Shown here in pieces: positions 17,179 to 27,552 of a stretch of 64,000 bases of DNA (within the stretch, counting starts at the first letter, position 1; each line of letters opens with the position of its first letter). The notes under the pieces are model-generated. The model was not told where the DNA came from, made no database searches, and worked only from the letters and a program-made list of their open reading frames with translations. The DNA lies in the sequence record PV340851.1, one strand, 5' to 3'. A program made the translations under genes and the position numbers.

Positions 17179-19053
17179 ATGGCTGCAATTATCTCAGATA
17201 AGTTTAGAATTTTTAACGCTAAACAGTTTCTTGAGTCTCTATCCGAGGGTCCTAATGATACCTCTAGTGAGAGAACAAGAATGTATTTCTTCGTAGGGCG
17301 TCCCCAGCGTTGGGATGCCTTTCTGGAGATCTATTCGCAGAATGCTACTGCATTCTCCGCTGGACAGAGTGTTTATGTGTCGTCTGACACTAATGGGTCC
17401 TACACATGGGCTAACTCACCTTTCCGCGCTACAATCGAAAAGGTTTACGATAACTCCCTCGTCCTAAGCACAGTTACACCTTCTGTTAACTCTGCTCCTC
17501 TAACGAATGCATTGATCGAAGGTTGGAATGGTGCTTCCGACACTGGTGCTGAAGCGCGTGCTGGTGTATACCGCTATGCAACTGAAGATGCACCTCCTAC
17601 TCCTCTGGACAACCAGACCGAAAAGTTTGGTGTCTATGATGAAATCATCGCTGCTAAGCGCATCACCGATCAGTTTGCTCGTGCTGTCATCACCCGTTAT
17701 GACTGGAACCTGCTTGCTGCAGAACCACGCTTTGACATGTTCAAGCCTGACTACTCTGCAACCTCTACAGGTCAAGTAGGTAAGCAATCCACCACTGGTG
17801 CTACCACCCTCGGTGCTTCTAAGTTCTATGTTGTTAACAGCAACTATGAAGTCTTCAAGTGCCTCTATAATGGTCAGTTCCCAGGTCAGGCAGATCCTAA
17901 CCCTGTCTACGAACCCAAGACTACTCCTTCTGCAGGTCAAGGCACCTATGATGCAGGAACTGGTCTGTTCACTGAGCAAGCAACTGCAGTTGTAGCAGCT
18001 GCTGCATCTTCTGGTTATGTCTGGAAGTACATGTACACCATCCCTACCGATGATGTTCTTCGCTTCCTGTCTACCAACTTCATGCCTATCAACCTAGTAG
18101 GCGAAGCAACCCGTTCTGCTACCGAAGGTCTTGCAGTTGCTGGTGCTATTGACATTGCTCTAGTCGAAGATACTGGTGCTGGTCTGCCTGATGGTACTCA
18201 CTATGCACCTGTCTCTGGTGATGGTCAAAGCGTAACTGAAGCAGTCGTCAAGATTGTTGTCAACGGCGGTGCTATTGAGTCTTCCGAAGTTGTCACCCGT
18301 GGCGCTGGTTACACCTACGGTGCTGTTCTTCTCGAAGATGGCGCAACAACTGGTGGCGTTAAGTCTGGTCTCTATGCTGAGCAGGCACTGAGCACTGCAC
18401 GTACTGGTGTTACTGGCACTGGCGCTCTTGAGGTTGTTCTTGCTCCTCAAGGTGGTCATGGTTCTGACTTTGAACTCGAACTGAACGCTAAGCGCGTCAT
18501 GACGAACATCCGTCTGACCTACGCTGAAGGTTCTGGCGACTTCCCTGTTGACAACGACTTCCGTCGTATCGGTATCATCAAGGATCCATACAACTGGAGC
18601 ACCACTGACTTCGCAACTCTAGATACCCTGAACGGTCTCTATGCAGTCAAGATCAGCGGCGCAACCGCAGACTTCGTTCCTGACGAAACAATCACCCAGG
18701 CACTTGCAAGTGGTGGTACTGCAAAGGGCACCGTCGTTTCCTGGACTCTAGATTCTGGTTCTACCACTGCTGGTGTTCTGAAGTATCTCCAGTCCCCCGA
18801 GCAACACACCGATTCTGGTATTGTTCGTGGATTCGACAACTCTGCTGCTATCATTGGTTCTTCCTCTTTGGCACAGGGTACTGCTGACACTGGTACTACT
18901 GGTACTACAATCCTCGGCGTTTCGTTCACCAACGGTTTCGGTGCTCCTGAGATCGAACCTAACTCTGGTGACTTGATCTACGTTGAGAACCGTCGTCTCA
19001 TCACCCGTGCTGCTGACCAAATCGAAGACATTAAGTTGGTTATTGAGTTCTGA
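17179..19053 (+). CDS. gp8: Baseplate wedge subunit gp8
   Basis: MAAIISDKFRIFNAKQF, YFFVGRP, FYVVNSNYEVFKCLYNG, GYVWKYMYTIP, FRRIGIIKDP and GDLIYVENR motifs. Confidence 0.93.
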   Translation: MAAIISDKFRIFNAKQFLESLSEGPNDTSSERTRMYFFVGRPQRWDAFLEIYSQNATAFSAGQSVYVSSDTNGSYTWANSPFRATIEKVYDNSLVLSTVTPSVNSAPLTNALIEGWNGASDTGAEARAGVYRYATEDAPPTPLDNQTEKFGVYDEIIAAKRITDQFARAVITRYDWNLLAAEPRFDMFKPDYSATSTGQVGKQSTTGATTLGASKFYVVNSNYEVFKCLYNGQFPGQADPNPVYEPKTTPSAGQGTYDAGTGLFTEQATAVVAAAASSGYVWKYMYTIPTDDVLRFLSTNFMPINLVGEATRSATEGLAVAGAIDIALVEDTGAGLPDGTHYAPVSGDGQSVTEAVVKIVVNGGAIESSEVVTRGAGYTYGAVLLEDGATTGGVKSGLYAEQALSTARTGVTGTGALEVVLAPQGGHGSDFELELNAKRVMTNIRLTYAEGSGDFPVDNDFRRIGIIKDPYNWSTTDFATLDTLNGLYAVKISGATADFVPDETITQALASGGTAKGTVVSWTLDSGSTTAGVLKYLQSPEQHTDSGIVRGFDNSAAIIGSSSLAQGTADTGTTGTTILGVSFTNGFGAPEIEPNSGDLIYVENRRLITRAADQIEDIKLVIEF

Positions 19054-19096
19054 TCACCTATATACTATAGGAAAGTCAGACCGTTAGTAATACACA

Positions 19097-22000
19097 ATGC
19101 CCCAGAATACTAACTTAAACGCATCACCTTACTTTGAAGATTTCGATCCGAAGAAAAATTTCTACAAGGTTCTGTTTAGACCTGGGTACGCAGTACAGAC
19201 CAGAGAGTTAATTCAACTCCAGTCTGTACTGCAGACTCAACTAGAAAACTTTGGTAGGAACATCTTCAAGCAAGGTGATCTTGTCGTGCCTGGTGAAGTC
19301 GGTCTTAATGTCCGACTTAACTATGTTAAACTGTCTTCTGTTTCCGAAGTTGCTGTTGCTGATGATGCAGGTAACGTAACTTATAAGAAATATGATATCA
19401 AGACCCTCGTCGGTCTTAAGGTACAGGGCGTATCCTCTGGGGTGGTTGCGACTGTAGTCGAAGTTGATTATGGTTCAGATACACAATCCGATACCCTCTA
19501 TGTAAACTACCTTGATAGTGGTTCTTCAGGTGATGAAGAAACCTTCCGTCAGGGTGAGAACCTAGAGGTTATTGGTGGTGTTAATAGTCCACTATTAGTT
19601 GTTGGCACAGATGGGGTATCTCTGCCAACATCTATTGGTGTAACAAATCCAGATACAGGTGAATCTACTGTTATTGATAGTCCTGCACTGGGTTATGCTT
19701 CTGCTGTCAAGGTAGAAGAAGGTATTTACTTTGCCAATGGTTACTTTGTACGTAATGCAGAGCAACTTTTGGTTATTGACAAATTCTATGACAAACCATC
19801 GGCAAAAGTTGGTTTTACAATTGAAGAAACTCTAGTAACACCTGAGCAAGATTCCTCTCTGTATGATAATTCCAGAGGATCATCTAACTTCTCTGCTCCT
19901 GGTGCTCACAGACTTAAGATTACACTGACTCTGGTCAAGTACGATTACTTCCAGCTAACTGATAAGAATTTTATTCAGTTGCTACTTGTAAAAGAAGGTG
20001 TAATTCAAAAACAACTACAAGCAACTGATTATTCGCTCGTAGAAGCTGCTCTAGCAAGAAAAACATTTGATCAATCTGGAGACTATGTTGTCGATGAGTT
20101 CCCTATTCAAGTTAGGGAATATTATCAGCAGAATGACAACCTAGGATTCTATACTGCAGGCAATGATGGTCTAGTTAATGGTCTGACAGCAATCGATGCT
20201 GAGAAAAAATTAATTGCGACTGTTGGTTCTGGTAAAGCATATGTAAAAGGTTACGAAGTAAAGAATAAAGAAACTAAGTACCTTGAAATTGATAAAGCAA
20301 GAGACGAACTGAAGAGAGATAATGAGACTATTAAAACTAATGGTCTAAGTTCGTTTTATGTTACTAATGTATATGGCACTATTCCACTCAACGCAGAAGG
20401 TGCAGAACTAACCGCATATCCAACACTATATTTCCATAGTGTATTCAATGATGGTTCCATTGGTCTGAATAAGACTGAAGCAGCAGGAGATCCTAAGCGT
20501 ACAGTCTCTAGAAGAGGTCAAGGTTTTACTGTTGCTGACGGTATCAAAACTGTCTACTGTACTATTTCAGATAGTACAAAGGACATGGATGATTTTGATG
20601 ATGATGCTATCGGTGATATCCTAGACAAATTGTGGTTTATTAAAACTAGAAGTGATAGTGGATCTGTTAACACATATGGTTATGCAGAAGTAGTATCTTT
20701 CTCCAAGGTAAAGCGACCAGAACTTGGTAACAGCACATACCTAGAAATTACTGTTAAAGGTGTTCGTTCTGACCTAGATCTATACCTTACTAATAATGAT
20801 GCAACAGATAGTATTGCACAAATTAGATACCTGTATCCTAGTGAAGCAAATGTTCAGGTTAAAGCAAATGAACTGCTTCGTATTCTAGACTATAATGAAA
20901 CTGTAACTCCTGTTATTGGTGTTGCGAAACCCAAGAACATTGCTATTCAGCAAGTAAGTGATGGATTCAATGTAGATACAGATAAGGTTCTGTCTAAAGG
21001 TAAACTAGCAGGTGGTGTAGAAAAATACAACACCGTCTTTGACCTGTCATATTTTGCTCCTCAGTTCTTTACAAGACTAACTCTTACTGATTTTGTATCA
21101 AGTACATTTACTACTGGTAAGTATGTCACTGGCACCCTTAGTGGTGCAAAAGCAGTTATTGAAGGTGGAACAGATAATGTTTATTCTTCTACAAATAAAC
21201 TATTTGTTTTAATGATTAGTGGTAAGTTCATCCCTGGTGAAACTATCATTAACGAAGATGGCGATACCATAAAAATCGCTAGAAACAACACTGTCTCTCA
21301 CTTTATTGTTACTGATCGTGGCAGCGGTTATTCTGCAGGATCTTTGTTCAAATTAGATGGTGTCGTTTACGATCAGAATAAGATCGCATGGGTTCGTGGT
21401 GGCGGTGGCACAGTCCAGAGCATTAGAATTGTAGATAGAGATGCTGTATCTGTTGAATATGCAAAACCACCTACGATTGAAGTACAAACTAATGATGTTA
21501 TCAATGCTGAAGATGTAGTAAAAGTAACACCAGTTCTGTTTAGAGATACAGTATATACATTTGATCCTTCTAATGTAAAGTCTGTAAGCACAGCGTTTGG
21601 TTCTGGTAATAAAAATGCATTTACTGCTGACGTTGAATTAGAAAAGACTGCTTTTGTTAATACCAAATCAATTACCGACTTTACATTTACAGGTAAAGAA
21701 GGTTACAAATATATTGAGTGTAATGGTTTTAGTGGCGATGCTACTGTTTCTCTAGTGATCGGCGATATTGTTCAGTTTGCTGATGACACTGGTGCAGTGT
21801 ATCGTTATTGTGTGCAGTATGCGACCAGACCTGATGGTGTCAACAGATCCAGAATCTATCTGGATAGAGCACTACAAGCAAATGCAACTGGTGCTAGTGT
21901 AGTTGTACAGAAACCTGTTATTACCAATGCTAACGGCACTCTGGTGTTTGCTACAGGTGATAAGAAGATTTCTTCGCTGATTGACTCTAGCGAAGATTCT

Positions 22001-25000
22001 AAGATTGTTTATAATTTCAGAAGAGACTTTATTACAACAGCATCTTCTGGTTCTGGCAATCTGACGTTTGCTGCACAACTACCATTTGGTACACAAAGAT
22101 TTGTTCCTTTCTCCGAAGAGAACTTCCTAATTACTGTTCTTGATCCAGGGATTACTATTCATGGTCTAGACACCAACGGCGATTTTGTTCCCAATGGTGG
22201 TTCCCTAGTTATGGGAGATGTTGTATACATTAATCCAGAATTTATTTCTATTACAGAATCTGATTCTGAGTTAACTGCAGGTAGTGTTACTGTTAATTTC
22301 CCAGAGAATCATTTCGGTGACATCGATGAGATTAGAACAAAAGCAGAAGCATATAACATTGCTAATCCAGGTTCTGCAGTTACACTTCCAGACAATAACT
22401 TCCCAACTCTTAAACTAACTGCTACTCTGCAAGTATCTAAAGCACGTCCTAGACTAAAGACTGTAGTTAGAAACAAGCGCATCATTGTACAAGCAGGTGG
22501 AACTACTGCTGTTCCATTTAGAGGTCAGGATTACGATGGCGAAAATATCCAAATCACCTCGTATTCTGACGCATTCAAATTAAGGTATGTATATGAAGGT
22601 TCAGTTTCTTCACCTCCAACAGTCGATTCCGTTGGCGGTCTCGTATCGGGTACAGATGTTACCTCCCGATATATTTTCGACGATGGTCAGCGCGACACGT
22701 ATTATGATATCTCGCGCATAGTTCTGAAACCAGGGCAGACTGCACCTACAGGTCAGATGGTCATTGCATTCGATTACTTCGAGCATTCACAAGGAGACTT
22801 CTGTACTATTGACTCCTATCTGCATGAAGCAGGTGTACCTAGTACCGAAGTTCCATTTTTCAACTCTACTGTCAATGGTCTCATCTCTCTAAGAGATGCT
22901 ATTGACTTTAGACCTAAGGCAGATGATTCTAATATCATCTCTGGTTACTTGGATAAAACTATCCTATCCAGTGATGGTTATATCTCCTTCTCAGGCACCT
23001 CTGGAATCCCCGCTAGCACCCCTGCGGATGATGCTAACCTAACATATACGGTCAAGTACAATAAGACCCAGTATCTGGACCGTATCGACGGAGTGTTCCT
23101 TGATACTAAAGGCAACTTTATTGTCAAGAAAGGCAATGCTTCTCTCAATCCATCCAGACCAGAATCTATCAGTGATGCTATTTCACTGTACTATCTGTAT
23201 GTTCCTGCATACACTGACTCTAACAGAGATGTAAGAATCATCCCTGTGGAAAACAAGCGTTACACGATGAAAGACATCGGTAAACTTGATAGCAGAATTG
23301 AAAGACTAGAATACTACACTTCGCTGAGTGTTCTGGAACAGCAAGCACTTAACATGCAGATCAGCGATGAAGTTGGTCTTGATCGCTTTAAGTGCGGTTT
23401 CTTTGTAGATAATTTTGAGACTCATAAGGGTGATGTAAATTCCATCGACCACAAGGTTGCTGTTGATACTCAGCAATCTGTTCTAAGACCTCAGGTCAAT
23501 GAAGAAAGTCTAGGTGTAAAAGAAATCAATACCAGAAATGACCAGCGCGAAGTTGATGGATATGTAATCAATAATGGTGTAATCTCTCTTCCATATACTG
23601 AGACTAAACTGGTTGGCAATAGTTTTGCTACTAAGACTATCAACCCCAATCCATTTGTTGTTATTCAGTATGTTGGTGATCTTGATATTTCTCCAAGAGT
23701 TGACTCTTGGTATGATAGAAGTATTGTTCCTCTAATTACTGACAATAACACTAATCTGTTTATTCCTTTCCTTGCCAAGGAAGATGTTGTTGATGCATTC
23801 TCTTGCATCTATAACTCTTTCATCATCACATGGACTGGTGCCGAAAGATCGTTCTTTAACATCAACCCACTTGCTACTACAAATAGTGAAATTTCTCAAT
23901 CTAGAGTTGATAGTGCAACTGTTGCAAGTTCTTCTAACATTAGTCCTCAAAACAATGAGACACCTAAAGGTGTTGCTACTACCAACAGAAGAGGTAAGGA
24001 AATTGTTACCTCCCTCAAGTATTTCGCACGTAGCGTTCCTGTTAAGTTTACACTCCGTAGACTGAAACCAAAGACTGAAGTATTCGTATACCTGGAAGGT
24101 AAGAATATTGGCAGATGGGTAGCACCTGACTCTAGATTCAGTGGCATTCCTGGTAACTCTGTTTCTGCATTTGGTACACCTATTACAACTGATGAGAGAG
24201 GCAATGCTTCTGGTATTTTACTCATTCCTGCTGGTGCTCCCCCAACATTTGCTACTACATGGACAGGTGATGTAGACACCGTATCGTATGACGAAGCGGG
24301 TGAAGATATTAGAATTACAACAGGTGACAAGACTCTAAGATTTACTTCTAGCAAAACCAATGGTTCTAAAGAACTAGTAGAAACGTTTGCAGAGACTAAG
24401 TTTTATGCATCTGGTCTTCTTCCTAATAACCCTGGTTCTATCATCTCTACGCAACCTGCATACTTCAAAGCAAATGAAGGTCTGCAACTTGTCCAAAACA
24501 ACACTGAGCAAGAGCAGAAACCAAATCCCTTGGCACAGACATTTAAGATCGAGGGTTACGAAGGTGGCGTATTCACCACTGGTCTAGATCTATTCTTCAG
24601 TCAAAAGAGTGATACTGTTCCACTTCGTGTTTATCTAACTGACGTAGAGTCCGAGAAACCTGGAAAGAACATTATTCCTGGTACGGAAGTTGTCATGGAA
24701 CCATATACCTTCCTGAAGGTATATTTCACCAACACTGTCACTATCTTTAGAGGTGAGACGGTTAGTGGTGTCAATTCCAATGCTTCTGGTCCTATTCTCA
24801 AGGTCATGGACAAGAATGACAATGAACTTGCAATTTCTGAAGATGGCGAAATCACGTTGACTAATGAGCAAGTATATACCATTGTCCTTTCTAATCACAA
24901 TGGTCTAGACTTTACACCAGATGAGCGTTTGACTATTCCATCTATTATTGTATTCAATAATGCTAATAATACCGAAATCGTTGCACGCATCGCAAAAGAT

Positions 25001-27373
25001 TCTGGCGTTGTATCTGCAGTCAATATTACTAATGTTGGCGACAACTATGATGAAGCATCTCTCACCATTGAAAGTCCAAGTCTACCTGGAGGAAATAATG
25101 CAACTGCATCTGCATTCGTTTCTGAGGGTAAGATCTATAATTCTCTACTGACATTGGGTGGTAGAGGTTACACCGAACCTCCTTCTGTTGTCATTAGAGG
25201 TACAGGCATTGGAAATGGTGGCGCAGTAATTGATACCGAAATTGAAATTACTGAACCTGCTGTTAGAATGGGTATTGCAGTTGATGCAGTTGGTTCTGTT
25301 CCTTCGGTTGTTGCCACTAAGTTTAAGTTTGCTTATCCTGTATATCTTCTAAACAATACTGAGTATGCAGTCACTATTGAGACCGATTCTCAAGACTACT
25401 TCTTGTGGGCATCTAAACTAGGTGAGGCAGAGGTTGCTACTAGCACCACTGTTACTACTAACCCATCTCTTGGTTCTGTTTATAAGTCTCAGAACACCAA
25501 CTCTTGGGTGGAAGATCTCTTTGAGGATATCAAGTTCACTCTGTATCGTGCAGAGTTTGATATGTCCAAGACTGCTCATGTTCAACTAAAGAACACATCT
25601 CTTGGTTACGATGCCATGAAGATCGATCCTTTGGAATCATATGCTTTTGCTAATGCTAATGCATCTTCTTCTCTCTTCAAGAACAATAACAATATTATCA
25701 AGGTAACACATAAGAATCATGGTTTTGAAGATGGCAAATCTTATGTCTTCTTTAGAAACTTGAAGTCTACTGCAGGTTTTACACAAGGAACACTGAACGG
25801 CAATCTGTTTAAAGTAGACAATGCTGGTATTGATACGTTCACCATTAGTGGTATCGGTAGAGCAGCAGATAGTGTCTTTGGTGGTGGCAGCACAGGTTTG
25901 ATCGCTGCCAATAAGAAGTATGAGAGACTACTAGCACAAATTTCTTATATTCAAACACCAGGAACTAATATTGACACTGAAGTCAAGACTACTAACATTA
26001 TTCCTATTGACTCTAATACCATCAACTACACTTCTTATTCCACATCAAGTTTCGAGAAGACTTTCCTGAACGAAGAGCAATACTTTATTAACCAAAAGGT
26101 TATCGCTTCTGGTGTCAACCAATTGATGAATAACCTTGATAATTCTCTAGTTTATAAATTGAGTCTTTCCACAACCAAGTCTTATCTCTCTCCTGTTATT
26201 GATCTAAGTACATCTTCTATTAAGATCTCTACTAACAGAATTGAAAACGGTGTTGGAGATGAAGGTAGATTCGGTAAGAGATATCAAGAAATTACTTTCT
26301 ACCCTGTTGTTAAGTTTTCACTGGCCAATAACACAGATCCAGACAGTGGCAACACTATTCCTATCACAGTGGGTCAAGTTGTAGAAGGTATTGGTAATGC
26401 TGCAAATTCAATTGATCCATCTGCTTCTAAAGGTGAAGTAGTACGTTATGAAGCTAGTGGCAATACTATTTACGTCAAGGTCAAAAATAGCAGCATCTTC
26501 CGTGGTAATGAAAGACTGTTCTTTGCTTCTCAAATGGCAGAAGGCGGAGATCTTGGAAGCTATGTAACTGATGGACAAGGTAATCAAGTTTGGACTCCAT
26601 TTAATGTTGAGGTTACATCTTCTGGTGCTATTCTAGAAAATCCAGCATTTACTTTTGGTGAATTGATTACTGCAACCAATCCATCTAACGTCACAGAAAC
26701 ATATGACAACTTGATTTCTGGTACAGTTGTATTGTGGGATGCTCCTACTCAAACTCTAAAACTAGAGAATGATAGACAACCTATTAACAACAACTATGTT
26801 AAAGAAAGTGGTGCTAGTGTTTATGCAAGAGCACAACAGATTGCAGATCAACCAGAAGATATCTTTAGAGTAGGCGACATCGTAAACGCACCTTCTATTG
26901 ATGTTGGTTTCGAGAGCTTCTATGAAATTAAATCCATGGCAATGACCGTTGGTGTTGATTTTGTGCCAGAAGACAGCACTCTAGATAGTTCTGCAGTAGC
27001 AAAGTATGTTACTAAAGAAATTACTCTAGACAAGTCTGCTACCGCAATTGATGTAATTATTACAGCAAATGTAACTAATACAAAGAACCTCAAGATGCTT
27101 TATAAGACTAAGACTACTTCTGTACAATCTAAGTTTGATGACCTTGAGTGGTTGTTATTCAATGATACTGGGTATCCAAATGAAATGAAGAATGCGACTC
27201 CCCAGAATGCTATCTCTGCACAAAAAGAAGAACAGTCTGCATACCAAGAGTTTAGATATAGCGTTGATACTCTAGATGAATTTACATCTTTTGGTATCAA
27301 AATTGCTATGCAAACAGACGACCCTGCGTTTGTTCCTAAGATCCAAGACATTAGAGTGGTGTCCTCCAGATGA
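19097..27373 (+). CDS. Large virion structural protein, DUF4815/VrlC-like (2758 aa)
   Basis: NLN.SPYF.DFD..KNFYKVLFRPG..VQ.REL.QLQS, APGAHRLKI, LARKTFDQSGDY, RYTMKDIGKLD.RIERLEYYTSLS.LE and PLAQTF motifs. Confidence 0.88.
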   Translation: MPQNTNLNASPYFEDFDPKKNFYKVLFRPGYAVQTRELIQLQSVLQTQLENFGRNIFKQGDLVVPGEVGLNVRLNYVKLSSVSEVAVADDAGNVTYKKYDIKTLVGLKVQGVSSGVVATVVEVDYGSDTQSDTLYVNYLDSGSSGDEETFRQGENLEVIGGVNSPLLVVGTDGVSLPTSIGVTNPDTGESTVIDSPALGYASAVKVEEGIYFANGYFVRNAEQLLVIDKFYDKPSAKVGFTIEETLVTPEQDSSLYDNSRGSSNFSAPGAHRLKITLTLVKYDYFQLTDKNFIQLLLVKEGVIQKQLQATDYSLVEAALARKTFDQSGDYVVDEFPIQVREYYQQNDNLGFYTAGNDGLVNGLTAIDAEKKLIATVGSGKAYVKGYEVKNKETKYLEIDKARDELKRDNETIKTNGLSSFYVTNVYGTIPLNAEGAELTAYPTLYFHSVFNDGSIGLNKTEAAGDPKRTVSRRGQGFTVADGIKTVYCTISDSTKDMDDFDDDAIGDILDKLWFIKTRSDSGSVNTYGYAEVVSFSKVKRPELGNSTYLEITVKGVRSDLDLYLTNNDATDSIAQIRYLYPSEANVQVKANELLRILDYNETVTPVIGVAKPKNIAIQQVSDGFNVDTDKVLSKGKLAGGVEKYNTVFDLSYFAPQFFTRLTLTDFVSSTFTTGKYVTGTLSGAKAVIEGGTDNVYSSTNKLFVLMISGKFIPGETIINEDGDTIKIARNNTVSHFIVTDRGSGYSAGSLFKLDGVVYDQNKIAWVRGGGGTVQSIRIVDRDAVSVEYAKPPTIEVQTNDVINAEDVVKVTPVLFRDTVYTFDPSNVKSVSTAFGSGNKNAFTADVELEKTAFVNTKSITDFTFTGKEGYKYIECNGFSGDATVSLVIGDIVQFADDTGAVYRYCVQYATRPDGVNRSRIYLDRALQANATGASVVVQKPVITNANGTLVFATGDKKISSLIDSSEDSKIVYNFRRDFITTASSGSGNLTFAAQLPFGTQRFVPFSEENFLITVLDPGITIHGLDTNGDFVPNGGSLVMGDVVYINPEFISITESDSELTAGSVTVNFPENHFGDIDEIRTKAEAYNIANPGSAVTLPDNNFPTLKLTATLQVSKARPRLKTVVRNKRIIVQAGGTTAVPFRGQDYDGENIQITSYSDAFKLRYVYEGSVSSPPTVDSVGGLVSGTDVTSRYIFDDGQRDTYYDISRIVLKPGQTAPTGQMVIAFDYFEHSQGDFCTIDSYLHEAGVPSTEVPFFNSTVNGLISLRDAIDFRPKADDSNIISGYLDKTILSSDGYISFSGTSGIPASTPADDANLTYTVKYNKTQYLDRIDGVFLDTKGNFIVKKGNASLNPSRPESISDAISLYYLYVPAYTDSNRDVRIIPVENKRYTMKDIGKLDSRIERLEYYTSLSVLEQQALNMQISDEVGLDRFKCGFFVDNFETHKGDVNSIDHKVAVDTQQSVLRPQVNEESLGVKEINTRNDQREVDGYVINNGVISLPYTETKLVGNSFATKTINPNPFVVIQYVGDLDISPRVDSWYDRSIVPLITDNNTNLFIPFLAKEDVVDAFSCIYNSFIITWTGAERSFFNINPLATTNSEISQSRVDSATVASSSNISPQNNETPKGVATTNRRGKEIVTSLKYFARSVPVKFTLRRLKPKTEVFVYLEGKNIGRWVAPDSRFSGIPGNSVSAFGTPITTDERGNASGILLIPAGAPPTFATTWTGDVDTVSYDEAGEDIRITTGDKTLRFTSSKTNGSKELVETFAETKFYASGLLPNNPGSIISTQPAYFKANEGLQLVQNNTEQEQKPNPLAQTFKIEGYEGGVFTTGLDLFFSQKSDTVPLRVYLTDVESEKPGKNIIPGTEVVMEPYTFLKVYFTNTVTIFRGETVSGVNSNASGPILKVMDKNDNELAISEDGEITLTNEQVYTIVLSNHNGLDFTPDERLTIPSIIVFNNANNTEIVARIAKDSGVVSAVNITNVGDNYDEASLTIESPSLPGGNNATASAFVSEGKIYNSLLTLGGRGYTEPPSVVIRGTGIGNGGAVIDTEIEITEPAVRMGIAVDAVGSVPSVVATKFKFAYPVYLLNNTEYAVTIETDSQDYFLWASKLGEAEVATSTTVTTNPSLGSVYKSQNTNSWVEDLFEDIKFTLYRAEFDMSKTAHVQLKNTSLGYDAMKIDPLESYAFANANASSSLFKNNNNIIKVTHKNHGFEDGKSYVFFRNLKSTAGFTQGTLNGNLFKVDNAGIDTFTISGIGRAADSVFGGGSTGLIAANKKYERLLAQISYIQTPGTNIDTEVKTTNIIPIDSNTINYTSYSTSSFEKTFLNEEQYFINQKVIASGVNQLMNNLDNSLVYKLSLSTTKSYLSPVIDLSTSSIKISTNRIENGVGDEGRFGKRYQEITFYPVVKFSLANNTDPDSGNTIPITVGQVVEGIGNAANSIDPSASKGEVVRYEASGNTIYVKVKNSSIFRGNERLFFASQMAEGGDLGSYVTDGQGNQVWTPFNVEVTSSGAILENPAFTFGELITATNPSNVTETYDNLISGTVVLWDAPTQTLKLENDRQPINNNYVKESGASVYARAQQIADQPEDIFRVGDIVNAPSIDVGFESFYEIKSMAMTVGVDFVPEDSTLDSSAVAKYVTKEITLDKSATAIDVIITANVTNTKNLKMLYKTKTTSVQSKFDDLEWLLFNDTGYPNEMKNATPQNAISAQKEEQSAYQEFRYSVDTLDEFTSFGIKIAMQTDDPAFVPKIQDIRVVSSR

Positions 27374-27552
27374 TCAAAGTTCAAGGACACGACAATTTAT
27401 ATCGAGATCCTAATACTGGAGCGATTATTAATAAACAAACTCCACCTTCCAAAGTATTATCATCTGCTGTTAAGGACATAAATAATCTGAAGGAAGAACT
27501 ATATGAAATTAAACAACTCTTAAAAGAGATAGTACGAAATGGCAATTCTTAG
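27370..27552 (+). CDS. Small virion-associated protein (60 aa)
   Basis: KV.GH..LYRD..TGAIIN plus a C-terminal coiled coil; ATGA overlap; typical follower of the DUF4815 gene. Confidence 0.8.
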   Translation: MIKVQGHDNLYRDPNTGAIINKQTPPSKVLSSAVKDINNLKEELYEIKQLLKEIVRNGNS